Origin: Torpedo marmorata
Lineage: Eukaryota
Assembly: GCA_977017645.1 (NCBI GenBank)
Contig: OZ360222.1
Span: 157,790,001-157,854,000, forward strand
DNA length: 64,000 bases
Direction: 5' to 3'
The translations under genes and the position numbers were made by a program. This document shows positions 24,490 to 38,604 of the stretch, piece by piece; positions within the stretch are counted from its first letter, which is position 1, and each line of letters starts with the position of its first letter. The notes under the pieces are model-generated. The model did no database searches. It saw only the letters and a program-made list of their open reading frames with translations, and was not told the DNA's origin.

Positions 24490-27400
24490 TTTTTTTAATA
24501 TTTTATTTAAATTTTTTAATCACAAAATACTTAAAAAAGAATATAAAATTATCAAATTATTTGTGATACATTTTCTCCCCCCTCCCTCCCTCCCCTCCCC
24601 AACCCCCCCACCCCCACTAATCTAATAAAAATAAAATAAAAAGTAAAAATAGAAAAAAGAAAAAGATAAAGTAAGGGGAATGCCATCTATAAACTAATTC
24701 TATTATGGAGGTCAAGTGTGCCAGTAGATCCGATATCCAGAGATCTTCAAATCCTTAAACCAACAGCTTTCATATATGGGCTCCAAATTTTTAAGAAAAA
24801 ATGATATTTATTATGTAAATTATAAGTAATTTTTTCAAGTGGTATACACGAACGAAGTTCTGCATGCCATCTTTCTAATCCTAAATCTAAATCAGATTTC
24901 CAAGTAATAGCAATGCATTTTTTTGAAACAGCTAAAGCAATTCGCAAAAATTCTATTTGATACATATTTAATTTCATCTTAATACTAAATTTTCTAATAT
25001 CTCCAAACAAAAATATCATAGGATCCATTGGGAATGTAATTTTAAATACTTTATCTAAAAAATTTTTAACTTTCAACCAAAAATCATAAACTTTTGGACA
25101 AAACCATGTAGAATGTACAAAAGAACCTTCTTCTTTATTACATCTAAAACATAAACCTGATAGTGTCGGATTAAATTTCTTTAATTTTTTAGGTGTTAAA
25201 TAGTTGATGAAAAAAATTATACTGTACTAATCTGTATCTAACATTAATAATCTTCGTCATACTGAATTTACATAATTCTTTCCAATGATTTTCATCTATT
25301 CTTACATTCAAATCTAATTCCCATTTTAATCTTGATTTATGTAATCCTATTTTAGGCAATTTCCTCTGAAACAATTTATACATTTGAGAAATAAATTTAT
25401 TAACATCTCCATTAGTAACTAATAATTCTAATTCATTTTGTCTTGGTAAAATCAAAGCATAACCTAATTTCTCAATCAAAAAAGCTCTAATTTGATAATA
25501 AGCAAAAAGTGTATTATCTGATATATTAAATGTATCTTTCATTCTTTGAAAAGTAATAAATTTCCCAGCTTCAAAACAATCTTTAATCTTTTTAATACCT
25601 TTTTGAAACCAAATTTTAAATACTTGATTATTAACAGTAAATGGAATAAGTCCATTTTGATATAAAGGCATCCTTGAAGAAATCAATCCTTTTCCACCTA
25701 TTTCCTTATCTGTCTTGTTCCATATTTCTAACAAATGTTTAAAAACAGGCGAATTTTTCTTTCTTGTTAATATTAATTTAGAATCCCATTTATAAATAAT
25801 TTCTTCTTTGGAGTCATCACCTATATTATTTAATTCTATTTTAATCCAAGCAGGAGATTTAGTTGAATCCAAAAATTCATTAACAAATTTTAATTGAGCT
25901 GCTTTATAATAATTTTGAAAATTAAGAAGTTGTAAGCCACCCATTTCATAATTCCAAGTTAATTTTTCCATACCTACTCTTGCTAACTTTCCTTTCCATA
26001 AAAATTTCCTAATAATTGAATTTAAATCTTTTTTAAAATTTTGAGGAATTCCATAAGGAATTGATTGAAAAAGATATTGAATTCTTGGAAAAATATTCAT
26101 TTTAATACAGTTTACTCTTCCCATTAAAGTTATAGGTAAATCTCCAATTTTCTAAATCTTTCTTTATTTTCACAAATAATGGTAGGTAATTTAATTTATA
26201 TAAATTAGCCAATTTTGTATCAACCCTTACTCCCAAATATTTAATTCCTTCCTTTGCCCATTTAAATTGTGTAATTTCTTTACATCTACTATAATCCCCT
26301 TGTGATAATGCCATAATTTCACTTTTATCAGAATTAATTTTATATCCAGATATTTCCCCATATTCTCTCAATAAAATAGACAATTGTACTAAAGATGTAA
26401 TAGATTTTGTCATATATATCAATACATCATCTGCAAACAAACTAATTTTATGTTCTTCCATTCCAACTTTAATACCAACTATTTTAGGATCTTTTCTAAC
26501 TAATTCAGCCAAAGGTTCTATCGCCAAAATAAATAATGCTGGTGACAAAGGACATCCCTGTCTAGTAGATCGAGTCAAAAGAGATTTTGGAGAAATTTGT
26601 CCATTTGTAACTACTTTAGCCTATGGTTCTTTATATATAGTTTTAATCCAGTTAATAAATGTATTTCCAAAGCCAAATTTCTCCAGTACCTTAAATAAAA
26701 AATTCCATTCTACTCTATCAAAAGCCTTTTCAGCGTCTAATGTTAAAACTAATAGTAAATCTTCCTTCTTTTTATGTAAATTAATTAAGCTAATCAATCT
26801 AGCTATATTATCTTTTGAATATCTATTTTTAATACCAGCTTGATCTACATGAATTAAATCTGGTAAATAATTAGCCATTCTATTTGCTAGAATTTTTGCC
26901 ATTATCTTATAGTCTACATTTAATAATGAAATAGGTCTATAAGATTCAGTTTTCATTATATCTCTATCCTTCTTTGGTATAACTGTAATTATTGCATTTT
27001 AAAAAGTATCCGGTAATGAATGAGTTTCCGTAATTTGATTCAATACTTCCATATATGGAGGTATTAATAAATCTTTAAACTCCTTATTAAATTCTGATGG
27101 AAACCCATCTTCACCTGGAGATTTACCACTCTTTAATGAAGAAAGAACTTCATTAACTTCCCTCATTGTAAAAGTTAAATCTAAAGATTCTCTACTTTGA
27201 GTATTCAGTTTAGGTAATGTAATTTTAGATAGAAATCTAGTAATTTTAGAATCATCTTGATCAATCTGAGATTTATATAAATTCAAATAATAATCTTTAA
27301 AAGAATCATTTATTTCTCGAGGTTTATAAGTTATCTCTCCAGAGTTTTTTTTTTATATAGCATTTATAGTTCTAGAAATTTGATCTTTTTTTAATTGCTA

Positions 27401-27545
27401 TGCCAAAACTTTATGAGCTCTTTCCCCTAATTCATAATATCTTTGTTTAGTTCTTTCAATTAATTTTTCCATTTTATATGTTTGTAATAAATTATAATGT
27501 AATTTCTTCCCTATTAAATGGTTTCTTTTTTTAATTGATCTGTTT
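24490..27545 (-). mobile_element. 5'-truncated L1/Tx1-clade LINE
   Basis: Frameshifted RT (YRPISLLNVDYK, DAEKAFD, RQGCPLSP, FADD), poly(A) tail, 15-bp TSD ccaactattattctt (24475-24489 and 27546-27560). Confidence 0.95.
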
Positions 27546-28835
27546 CCAACTATTATTCTTGCATTATTGTAATTTTTTACTCCAATATCCTTCATCTTCC
27601 TCCTCTCCAAAATGACTGTTTGCTGACTTTCACATTCTCAATAAGACAGAAAAGCCAGGCTCAATCCACTTACCCCACCCCTCCACTGAACATTGAAACA
27701 TCTGGTAAACGTTGCTGGATAGTAATCAGGCATCCTGGTAGTACCAACTAATACTACCAACCCCACTTCCATCTGTTCAAAGATCATCCAACTCCAAAGA
27801 CTCAATTTGCAATCTTCATTTTAAGAGGTTTGCATTCACTTCACATTTAATAGGGTTGCACTTTATTCCTGATAATTTTCTTTTGCTTATTATTTGGTTC
27901 TAAAAAATAGGTTGCAGGCAATTCACTAACTATCTTGTGAATTTTATGAAATTTCAGTGTAAAGGTACAGGGTATATTTACTACATGACTTCTTTGAAAA
28001 TGGAACAGTATACCATAATGATCTATTTATATGTACGTATAATTGACATTGCTTCTCCTTTCCCATATGACCAACTGCACTTGTTTTATCTGATCGTAAT
28101 ATCCCCATATAATTAATCATTAGTAAGATATATTACTTCTTCAAATTGATACATTAGAATCGTTTTTTTTACGTCTTTTGAACTTGAAAATGCAGTGGAA
28201 GACATTAAGTTCAGCAATCTCCTTCCCAAGATGTATATACTATTTTATAATGTGCATTGTACCCATTTATTCCCTACTTCTGAATGCATACTCTTCAATA
28301 TAACCACTAACAAATTAATCTTGCTTCTACTAAATTATTTACAATGCAATAGCCCATTCAGTCCCTTGGGTGCACTTTGCCACTAGTTAAGAATCTGACT
28401 GCTTTGTACATCAACATCATTAATCTGTCTTTGTTCCATATCCTTCACCAAACAATATTCACCAAAACAATGCAGATGCTGAAAATTTTAAACAGAAATA
28501 GAAAATGCTGAAAAATCTCAGCAATTCAGGCACATCAACTAGGGAAAGAGAAATGATCAAATGTTTCAGGTCTGTGACCCCTTGACAGAATTGGGAAAGA
28601 AAGAGATGCATACAGATATTCAGTTGGAGGCAATGTAGAACAAAGGGAGTGTCTGTGCTTGGAGTCAAAATGGCTCAATGGGGACTTATCAGCACATTAA
28701 GATACTAAGCTTGTGTAAGTTGTTAATGGTAGGATTTGCCAAGCAGACAAGAAAAAATGCAAATAGAATAAGGAAAATAAAACAGAAAATGGAAAATGCT
28801 GGGCCCTAGAGCACATATACGTAGACGCTCAAAGG

Positions 28836-29675
28836 TTGCAGGTTAGGTCAATGAGGTTATGTACTAACAATAACCTCGCAATCAATGTCACCAAGACCAA
28901 GGAGCTGATTGTAGACTTTAGGAGAAAATCAGAGGTGTACGATCCAGTGACCATGGGGGGATCAGAGATGGAGAGGGTGAGCAAATTTAAATTCCTGGGA
29001 ATCACTATCTCAGAGGACCTTTCCTGGACCCAACATACTAATGCCATTGTGAAGAAAGCACGTCAGCGCCTCTACCGCCTCAGGAGTTTGCGGAGGTTCG
29101 GTATGTCATCGGAAACCTTGGCAAACTTCTACAGATGTGTGGTGGAAAGTGTGCTGACCGGCTACATCATGGTCTGGTATGGGGGGCACCAATACATTTG
29201 AGCAGAAAACCCTGCAAGAGGTAGTGGACACAGCCCAGTACATCACTGGCAAAACTCACCCTACCATCAAGAATGTCTACATGGTACGCTGCTGACAGAG
29301 AGCAGCAACAATTATCAAGGATCCACACCTCCCAGGACATGCTCTGTTCTCGCTGCTGCCATCAGGAGAGAGGTATAGGTGCCACAAGACTCGTATCTCC
29401 AGGTTCAAGAATAGCTGCTACCCCTCAACCATCAGTCTCCTCAACAACAGACTCAGGGACTCAGTTAAGGACTCTCACCTTGCTCATGATTTAATACTGA
29501 ATATTTATTTCTGTATTTGCAGTTTCTTTACATTTCTTTCTTTGTATACATTTCTTTCTTCTTGAGTACAGTTTATAGTTACTGGTAATTAGGAATCCTG
29601 TCTGGCCATCAGGAAAAAGAATCTCAGGGTTGTATGTGATGTCATGTCTTTACTCTGACAATAAATTTGAACTTT
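28836..29675 (+). mobile_element. Rex1/Babar-like LINE 3' end
   Basis: NVTKTKELIVDFRRK, FKFLGITISEDLSW, KKARQRLY; caataaa tail. Confidence 0.85.
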
Positions 29676-29679
29676 GGAT

Positions 29680-30260
29680 CAAATAGGTTACAGGGTGCTC
29701 TCCATTAACCAGGGTGCTAGCCATGGCAGAGAATGTCAGAGCCAGGAGGTTGTGCTAGAACTGTACAAACATTGGTTTGACCACAGTTTGAATATTGTAA
29801 ACAGTCTGGTCATCACATTAAAGAAAGATGTAATTAAATTGGAGAGGGTGGAGAGGAAATTTGGGTGGATGTCGCCACAACTGTTGTAGCTGAGGAAAGA
29901 TTGGATACCCGGAGCATTAGAGAAGAGTTACTTCATGAGTATAAAATTATGCAAGGTCTAAATTCAGTAAATATGAATGTTTTCTTTCCTTAACAGATGA
30001 ATAAAAAACCAGGGAACATAATTTTTTAAATGATAGAAATATTATAATAGGATTTTTTCCCACACAGAATTATGAAGATCTAGGACTCACTGTCTGAAAG
30101 GTGGCAGAGACATAAACCATCATCCCATTTAAAATGTAGCAGCCTTCAGAGCCATGACCAATACAGGTCCAAAACAGGATGGTGTGTTTCAGTTAGACAG
30201 CTGTTTTTCAACACAATAGGTGAATGGCCTGTGTTGTCATTTTCTATAATTCTATGATTA
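29680..30260 (+). mobile_element. CR1 LINE 3' fragment
   Basis: QEVVLELYK..KKDVIKLERVERKF. Confidence 0.7.
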
Positions 30261-32069
30261 AAAATAGTAGAACTATAGCTTGTCAAAATCTCTTCCTCCT
30301 CTAGTGATGAATAGGATTGTAAATTTTTATTGGATATGTTCCTGAATATTTATCACATGACCTCCCATTTCCAACTGCTGTATCAAATTAAAGTTTTTTT
30401 ATATTTTTATAACTCAAATAGAATAAAGCCAGGTGTGTTCAGGAAATTAATCTTCACCTCATGCAATCTCTGGAGCAAACCTGAAAGGTTAATAACCCGA
30501 CATTATAAATCACCACTTAATTTACAGAGTGTACAAATCAAGTCCTTTGGTTTTTAACCATTTTTTTAAATTAAAAAGCAACATCTTGATAGATATCATG
30601 TATTTCTTCCACCTTCAAAACTGTCCCTCCTGGGATCTTCTCTCCACTAGGGACATTGTTCATATTGGTCAGTTGCTTTGCCAAACACCATTTAACACGG
30701 TATAGCCCTGAGCTACTGCTTCTCTCTAACCACTATGAACTCACTGATGACCAAATGGAAAGGAACATACCTTTAATTTACTACACACCAGTTACTCGGA
30801 GGTTAGTGCCATTGTCTCACAGCTTCATTTGATCTGACCTTGGCTGCTATCTGACGCTTGGATTTTTTCCCTATGACCAAGTTATTTTCCTCTGGATTTT
30901 CTGTTTTCTCAACACATCCCAAATATGTGTTACTTGATAGTTTAATTGGCTATGGTAAATTGCCTTGAGTGTCAGTAGTGGGGGAAGGGGTTGTTAATGG
31001 GATGTGAGGGGTTAAGTACGGTTGGTCTAGATGGGTGCTTGATGCTCAGTAATGAATGCAGTGGACAGATGAGCTGTTTTCCTGCTGAATTTTTCTGAGG
31101 AATTCTCATTTTCCAGTCAATGTAATATGCTTAGATATTAACCATTATTCCCAATTTCTTGGGCAATATATTGCAAGTAATGGAAGATATCTGGAACAAT
31201 GACACTTAGACGGGATTAGGTATGGTCTAGTTATGGTTGTAGGGATCCTTAATTGGTACATGATCGCTGAGATGGTCTGTACCTCTAAGGTCTCCTTTCT
31301 TCGTAATTTTCCTGGACAATGGGAGACTTTTCATCCTTGCCAGATATCCTATGTTTTCCTCCACAATTTTGGTACTGCTGTAACCATTTAAACTCGCCTT
31401 GTATATCTTTACCATGGCCTTCCTCCTTGCACCATCATCCCATTTGTTTAATCAATCCCACCTCCTGTCCTATCGCCAGCTTTTTCCATTCCTTCCTCCA
31501 TCCCACACTTTATATCCATCAATTGCTTAAAATCTCATTGTCTATGACATTTCCTGATTCTGATGAAAATGTATTGATTTGAAATCTTAACCTTTTTATC
31601 CATTGACACTGCCTGACCTGTTGAGTACATCCACCATTTTCAGTTCTTTATTCACATTTTGAATATCCACAGTATTTGTTTTGCCTCTACTCAAAAGTGG
31701 TAATTAACTAAAACCATGAATTCATTAAACAGGGGTACTAAACAAAGAAAATTTTGTGGCACTGTTAAAGGTGATTGTGGCCAAGATTTTTTGTTTTTGT
31801 ATTGTTAATTACTACCTTACACTAAAGCAAAAAAAGCTTTTTCTGAAAACACATTCAGACATTCCAACCTTCAAAGCACAATTTTCATAATTTTAGCCAT
31901 TTTGCCTTTACTTTGGAAAATTGTGTTTTTATGTAAATAAATGTAACAGCTTATTCACTTTGCATGATCCATTCTACACAATTTTGTGATGTCGGCAATC
32001 TTATAAATTCTATTTTTAAGAGCAATGCAGCAATTGACATTGCTAATGGAGTACCGGTTTCAGTGTCAA

Positions 32070-33430
32070 AATCAATAGTGAAACATGAAAGTCTGCACAC
32101 GCTGTGATTGTAGTAAAAACACACAGAAATGCTGGTCTCGCAGCGTCCATAGGAGGTAAAGATATACAGGCATACCCTGTATAACGCGGTTAATGCGTTC
32201 CAAGCATGTTCAGTGCTATGGAAAACCACACTGTTCAAAGCATTATTACAATGGACTTTAACGTAATGCGTCCCAATGCTACAAAAGGGACATATAAAAC
32301 TGATCTTTATTGGCAATAAGTGAACATAGTTTATTTAAGAAAATATTTGTCTTAATGTAGTTTGCAATTCTTTAGCCTTCTTTTTTTTATCATGCATATC
32401 TTTATAACATCGAATAGTATTTTGCAATCCTTGCCGAACTCTAATGCTTCTCTCGATGTTTGGTTCAACATCCTTAAGGTAATCGCAAGCATCGCTGATT
32501 TTTCCAATAAACGTTGATAATTCCTCTAAGGTGAATTCTTTCGTTGGCACTTCATTAACATCTTCACTTTGCAGCTCATTTTTATCTAAACATTATCGAT
32601 CCATTTCAATGAGAGTTTCATCATCAAGTTCACTTCAATGCAAATTAATGCATTGTTGCACATTGTCAGAGTCCAAAGATTCAAATCCCAGATCTTTTCC
32701 AATCTCCACAATGTCTTGAGAGACAGTTGTAATTTGCGCTTCAAAACTGGTGGTATCACTTGCATTTTGTGATAGAAGTTCACGCCAAACAGCTCTCATG
32801 TTGTTTGCAGTCACTTCAAGCCACGATTCACCGATGTTTTTGACGTTTATTAGGTGTATCACCTTCACTGCATTTCCTTTTTCCACTCATATTGTTTGTA
32901 ACGGTGCACTTTTATACAACATAATTAGAATACACCTGCATAACAGAGCAGCCACGATCTTCCCGCGATACTTACAAGGTAAGCAATAATGACGTAGAAT
33001 GATTGCAGCCGAGCATTAAATTATCGCGCCACGATTGGTGGCGCAATACTAATAAAATTTAAACATTTTTGGTCGTTACTATATTAGAATTATAATATTA
33101 CTATATTAAAATTATAAACCGCGTTATATCGAAACCCGCGCTATAAAAAACCGCGGGTAATAAGGGTATACCTGTATTACCAATGTTTCAGGCCTGAGCC
33201 CTTCTTCAAGGAATAAGCAAAGGACAGGAAGGCGTAAGAATAAAGACTGAAGACTGGCCGGGGGAGGAGTCCAGACAAACAAAAGGATATAAGAGGAGGT
33301 GAGAATTGATTTTGGCTGTGTGAAAGGAGACAGAAGGAAAAGGGGAGGAGGGAGAGAGAGAGCGCGTTGGGGGGAAAGGCATCAGGGAGAAAAAGGGGGG
33401 AGGGTTTAGTAGAACCACCACAGAGAATGT
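32070..33430 (-). mobile_element. Penelope-like 3' fragment interrupted by a Tigger element
   Basis: Hammerhead-like ttgaagaagggctcaggcctgaaac near 33185-33209; sequence resumes at 32165 across the TA insertion. Confidence 0.7.
32167..33174 (-). mobile_element. Tigger/pogo DNA transposon, internally deleted
   Basis: CAGG(C/T)ATACCCT TIRs, TA TSD, pogo transposase C-terminal remnants (ESWLEVT..MRAVW, EPNIERS). Confidence 0.85.
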
Positions 33431-35043
33431 TGTCAAATCATTTCCCCACTTGTTGTCTTTCCACGTGTATTTTCATCATTTTATTGCTGCAATTGGTACA
33501 TAAAATCATGGTACCTCATTTAGCAGCTTTTGGCCCTAATGCAAATAAACTATTAAAGATTCTGTGTCAGCAGTTGTGCCTCTCAGCTTTGTGGTTATCT
33601 CTAATTTTTGTTGACTCCACTTACTCTATGGAGGAATTAGCATCATGGCAAGTCTGCTACATAACCATCAAATTGTCTACCTACACCACCAAAATAACTG
33701 GCAAATAGAATTGTTTTCCACCTCACTGAAGACTAACAAATTTTTGACTGAGGCAGTAATTCTGAGGCTGGTTATTAGACAATAACTGGATTTCACTGAA
33801 GCAAGGAAATGCTCTTCAATCTGTATTTTCAAATAATGGACTCATTACAATTGTCAATGTTTGAAATCAAAGCTTCACAATTGTTACCCAGGCAACCAGA
33901 TGTTCCAAAAAAAAACTGCAATAAAATGTTGTCTGTTGTTCCAACAGTAAAGGTAAAGAATTTTAATGCACCTAACAACCATTTGTTGCATGCACTTCGT
34001 AAACAAATTTGTGAAGAGAATCTATCCTTTTAGAGAAGAAAATAACCTCTCTCCCTCCACAACTCTGATGTCAGTAATCCTCTAGTCATCTTTGGCACAG
34101 CTACTGGCCATCTCAACACTTATTAGCGGAATTCCCTCCATTGAGTTGTCTTTCTAGCTCCCTCTTCATCCCATATTTAAAATCTATTTTTAGAATTATC
34201 CATGTAGCCGTTGCTCCTAATCCAGGCACAAGGACAGTATTAGCTCTGCTGCTCAGAGGATTGTGGATTCAACCTCCCCTCCTTCTTTGCACCCTCTGTC
34301 GCATGACATTAGGCCTACCTAATTAACAGTTCCTTCAAGCCCATTGGTTTACTATGGACAGCTTTTGGGTCGTGGTCTGGCAATGCCTTATTTCAAAATT
34401 GCCACATTAAACAATGGACATACAGTACATTATCAATCTAAATACTCTTCTGTTGGAATAAAGTGATATGCATCCTTCCCTTCTTCAGTTTCACCCTGTG
34501 GTAACCTCTTCCTGAGATTGTGCTCCTCCAATTTCCTGTATTCCTCAATTTTCCCCGAACATCAACATGCATTAGCTCTGAAATTCCCTCTCAATCGCTA
34601 TTTCTCCTTTTATTTTGAATGGCAGGAGACTCGATGGGCCAAATGGCCTCATTCTGCTCCTACATTTTATGGTTACATATCCTAATTTTTTCTAATTCTC
34701 AGTATCAAATCCTGCCTAATAACTGTGAAGAGGGGAGTGAGTGGATAATACACTATATTCAAGGTATACGTCAATATAAATACCTTTTTATCTCATGTTT
34801 TTCCATGCTTCACACTCGTAAGTAAAACATGATAAAAATCAGCAAGAAAATTAAGAGAGAATAATGAAAGAGACGACCAAAAGCATACTGGAAGATTTTC
34901 TGGAAAGTGCAGAGAGCCAGACGAAGTTTGAGAGTTTGTACAGGGCTGGTGAACAGAAATCTTTGCCATTAAAGATAGTTCTGGGATTGGCAAGTGGGAA
35001 TCTTGTGTCAGGACATGATATTGTCTGCTTTTACCAGGTGATT

Positions 35044-35484
35044 TTTTTGGGGGAATATTTTAATTTTTTTTATCCATACATGCATAATTATATAATACAT
35101 AACAATATGTCAATTCATTATTATTACATTGCTTATACACGATGGGTAAATCCCAGCCCATCCTTCCCCAAACCAAAACCCCAGAAAAGAAGAAAGAAAA
35201 GAAAGGAAAAGAAATAAAAGAAAAGTATTAAGAAAGATAAAGTGACCTGGATGGTCACGGTTTTTAATTAATTACTTTTTTTTCTCATATTCTCAGGGGG
35301 AAATTAATGAGGGCACTTGGTGTGGGAAAATAAAAAAACTATAAGTTTATTCCTGCAATTTGTAAATATGGGCACCAAATTTTCAAAAATACATCATATT
35401 TATTTCTTAAATTGTAAATAATCTTCTCAAGTGGGATACAACTACGCATTTCTGTATTCCACCGTTCCATACCCAAATGTGAAT
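35044..35484 (-). mobile_element. Short L1-clade 3' end
   Basis: RSCIPLEKIIYNLRNKY remnant; 16-bp TSD cttttaccaggtgatt (35028-35043 and 35485-35500). Confidence 0.85.
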
Positions 35485-36184
35485 CTTTTACCAGGTGATT
35501 GATATAAAGTTCAGACTCTTAATCTTCTTCGAATTAAAATATATTTTAAGATGCTCAAAGAGCTGAACATCGAAGCAGGGCTCAGTATTGTACACTATTG
35601 TTTTATGTTATATTTATATAAAATAGAACATCGCATGAATAAAGCAGAAAGTTGCTCTTCAAGCCAAATCCTTCACAACCAATCCTTCTAATAGGCAATG
35701 AAGAGCAAAAATCTGCACAGGCTGAACATTTGAAATAAAAGCAGAAAAGGTTGAAAATACTCAGCAAGCCAGATGGGAAAAAAAATTAAAATTTCAGGTC
35801 AATGACCTTCCGTGCCAACACCTACCTGAAACATCTCCCTTGATAAATACTGCCTGATTTGCTTAGGATTTCTAGTATTTTTGTTTTTACCTCTAAAAAG
35901 CATATTATCTGGTTGATTAAATTAATGCTTATGGGATCTTTGTGTCTAAATTGATTCCTGCAATTGTTCATACAATGAAAGAATTAGAACTGAGAGAACG
36001 ATCCGTATCTTCAGGACAGAGGGTAGATATGGTTAAATAATACATGTTTGACAGTACACCTAAGAAAATACCTCCACGCTTATTTTCCATGTGATTCCTT
36101 TTATCCAGCTGAATAGGGAGATGGGCATTTTACTACAGGCACATCCAACAACACAAGAACTAGTCAATGCAGTACTTTGACTTA

Positions 36185-36797
36185 AACTGGACAACGAAGA
36201 TTTTGCTTCTTGAACACTTTTGGGTGTATTTTATGGATTTTGGGCTGCTGATCACAAAAATCACTTTAAACTTTTCCTATCACGTACCGTTTTTTAGATA
36301 AAATATGACAGGAAATCAGAAAAATAAGTTATAAGTCTACTTCAAGCATACAAAACCATGAAGTGCAACATGTCATTCAAAACTCATTTTCTGCATTTGC
36401 ACTTGGACTTCTTCCCTGCTGATCTCGGTGCAGTCAGTGAAGAAGATGGTGCAAGGTTTCACCAGGACATTGAAACCATAGAAAAACAGTATCAGGGCAA
36501 CTGGGATCCATCAATGCTGGCCGACTATATTGTTGGACACTGACACGAGAGGCATCAGATGCTGAGTACAAACGAAAATCAGTGGCAAAACATTTTTAGG
36601 TCAGTTGAAATAACGCAATGTGTCAGCATCATTACTTGATTAAACATGCAAAATTCAATAAAAGTTAATGTATCTCCATCTTCCTACGTGATATAGCAAA
36701 TCTGAAATTATCTTTTGTGTTCAGCTTGAAGTTGTCTATCATAATCCCCAATTTTATTCAGGAAGCAAACCTTTTGAAAAAAAATTGTCATCCAGTG
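36185..36797 (+). mobile_element. Chapaev3-like DNA transposon derivative
   Basis: (C>A)ACTGGACAAC...TCCAGTG ends, TTA TSD, HFLHLHLDFFPADLGAVSEEDGARFHQDI; homologous to 9826-10139. Confidence 0.75.
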
Positions 36798-36904
36798 TTA
36801 TTCGTCTGCAGAACCAAGATTCCACTGAACTGCCACTAAGTGTGACCACAAAAAAGTGTGTGCAAGCTTCCTTTAAGTCGCCTTAAGTTTTTGGCCCTAA
36901 CCCT

Positions 36905-37225
36905 TTTTTTCTTTGAAGGGCTCAGGCCCGAAACGTCAGCAATATATCTTTGTCTCCTATAGATGCTGAATAAACAAACCAGCTGAGTTCCCTCCAGCAT
37001 TTCAAGATTCAAGTTACTGTCATGTAATAAAGACAGTGCAATATTTGTCTGCAGTAAGGCAGACAGATTCGCCATCGGCAGAAATTGCCTGAAGTGCCTC
37101 TTACAGTCAGAGAAAGAGAAGCGAAAGAGTCCACTCAGAGTCACCGTGTGTCCATAGATTCGCCTCCAGTGCTCCCGCAGTTTTTACTACAATCACAGGG
37201 TCTGCAGCCTGTCGTGTTTCTCTTA
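36905..37225 (+). mobile_element. Penelope-like 3' fragment with nested minus-strand retroposon (37002-37180)
   Basis: gaagggctcaggcccgaaacgtc motif; insert homologous to 7492-7685. Confidence 0.65.
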
Positions 37226-37650
37226 AGGTTTTAGGATGCCACTCCTTTAAGTTATGGAACAAAAAGTTTGAGACGTTGAGATTTTGGTTTACTTTGAAGA
37301 ATTCAAAGCGTTTTTTGGGCCATTAAATACCAACTAGTTTTGCCTAAAACAATAAGGCAGAGCATTAAATTATATAAAGGTTTAAGTTACATATGAACAG
37401 GCCTTCACAAGAGTTCTGCTGTTACGATATTTCTAGGCGCAAGACCCTACACACAAAATGCCTCTCAGCAATTTATTTTTAATCTCTAAATAAACTCTCC
37501 CTATTAACACACGTGGTAGAAGTATTGAACGTCTTTATGTTTGGAATGAATTCTGTGCATTTTAATTCAGGCTTCTTTCATTCTCCAAGCCTCCACTCTG
37601 CCTGAGAGTAAATCTTCCCATTTGAACTCACAGGCGGCCGTGGCACTTAC

Positions 37651-37813
37651 CTTGGCGCCGGCCGAACACCGTGCCAGCACTCAGGGAAAAGGCCTCCTCT
37701 GCCCCGGTGAACCAAAACAGCACCGTGAGGGAGATGAAAGCCGCGTTCGCGTTCAGCAGCCTGACCGCTCCGAGCCTCGGCCGCCAGCGGCTTCCCTGTC
37801 CCAGCAGCGGCAT
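37651..37813 (-). CDS. RHBDD3: RHBDD3 coding exon 1
   Basis: ATG at 37813; MPLLGQG...AFISLTVLFWFTGA...RRQ; G|gtaagt donor joins exon 2 as QVYRL. Confidence 0.85.
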
Positions 37814-38591
37814 CTCCGAAGAGAGAGAGAGAGAGGGAGGGGGAGCCCGCGTCTGCTCCGCAGCCGGGCGGAACAAGCTTTCGGTCCCTCCACCGAATAA
37901 CCGCTTCGGGCCTGAGAGAAGCCCGAGCCCTGCCACGTGTGCATTCCCGGCCACAGGGAGGCGAGAGTGATCAACCGCCACTCGGTGGCCCCGAGCCGTG
38001 GTGAGGCGATGGCGGACCAGACCGCGGTGGGGTGGGGGGAGGAGAGAGGAGGTGTGGGTCAAGGCCTTTATTTGGGGTTCATTTCAAGCTGCTGGAGGCT
38101 CAGTGCCGATGGACGTGTCGGCGCAATGAGGAGGAAATGTCCGCGACGATGCCAAGCATCAGAGGATGAAATGGCCGCGCGTTTCCATCGCTACCCGGAA
38201 CCATAAACACGACCAGGCTTCCCTCCATTGTTCCCTCCAAGCATGTCACTACGTGACGCCACCTGCATCTCACGTCACCACCCTGACGTCGGCTGCTCCT
38301 TAAATAGCGACGTGGAGCTTAACGTCAGCATTATCATAAACCTCGGCCGCGAATTGGCAGGCGGGGATTTCAACGGCCTTTTTAAAAAAAATTTGATTGT
38401 TCTAAAGTACTTTTTATTTTGTGAAAGGATCTCGGGAATCGAGGCGCCCCGCAGGGGTAACGGTTTATTTTTTGTGTGTGTAATTATTATCGTTGGGCGA
38501 CTCTCCGGTGAGTTGCGCAAGGCGCCAAATCCGTGGTCGAGTCTGTCGAGGGTCCGCGCAGGCGCGTTGCGGCAGTCAGAGGTCGGAGAAG
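37814..38591. promoter_or_regulatory. CpG-island bidirectional promoter for RHBDD3 and EWSR1
   Basis: Divergent ATGs about 780 bp apart; CpG-rich 37.6-39.1 kb; ACGT/CRE cluster 38245-38328; YY1-like AAGATGGCG over the EWSR1 ATG. Confidence 0.85.
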
Positions 38592-38604
38592 ATGGCGTCG
38601 ACGG
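38592..38604 (+). CDS. EWSR1: EWSR1 exon 1 (MAST)
   Basis: aagATGGCGTCGACGG|gtaaga. Confidence 0.95.

Noticed and set aside
25189-27286. Intact or domesticated reverse transcriptase gene
   Set aside because: Multiple frameshifts and stops, 5' truncation and a TSD: a dead L1 copy
37814-38062. N-terminal extension of RHBDD3
   Set aside because: No ATG upstream of 37813 in that frame; open only because the sequence is GC-rich
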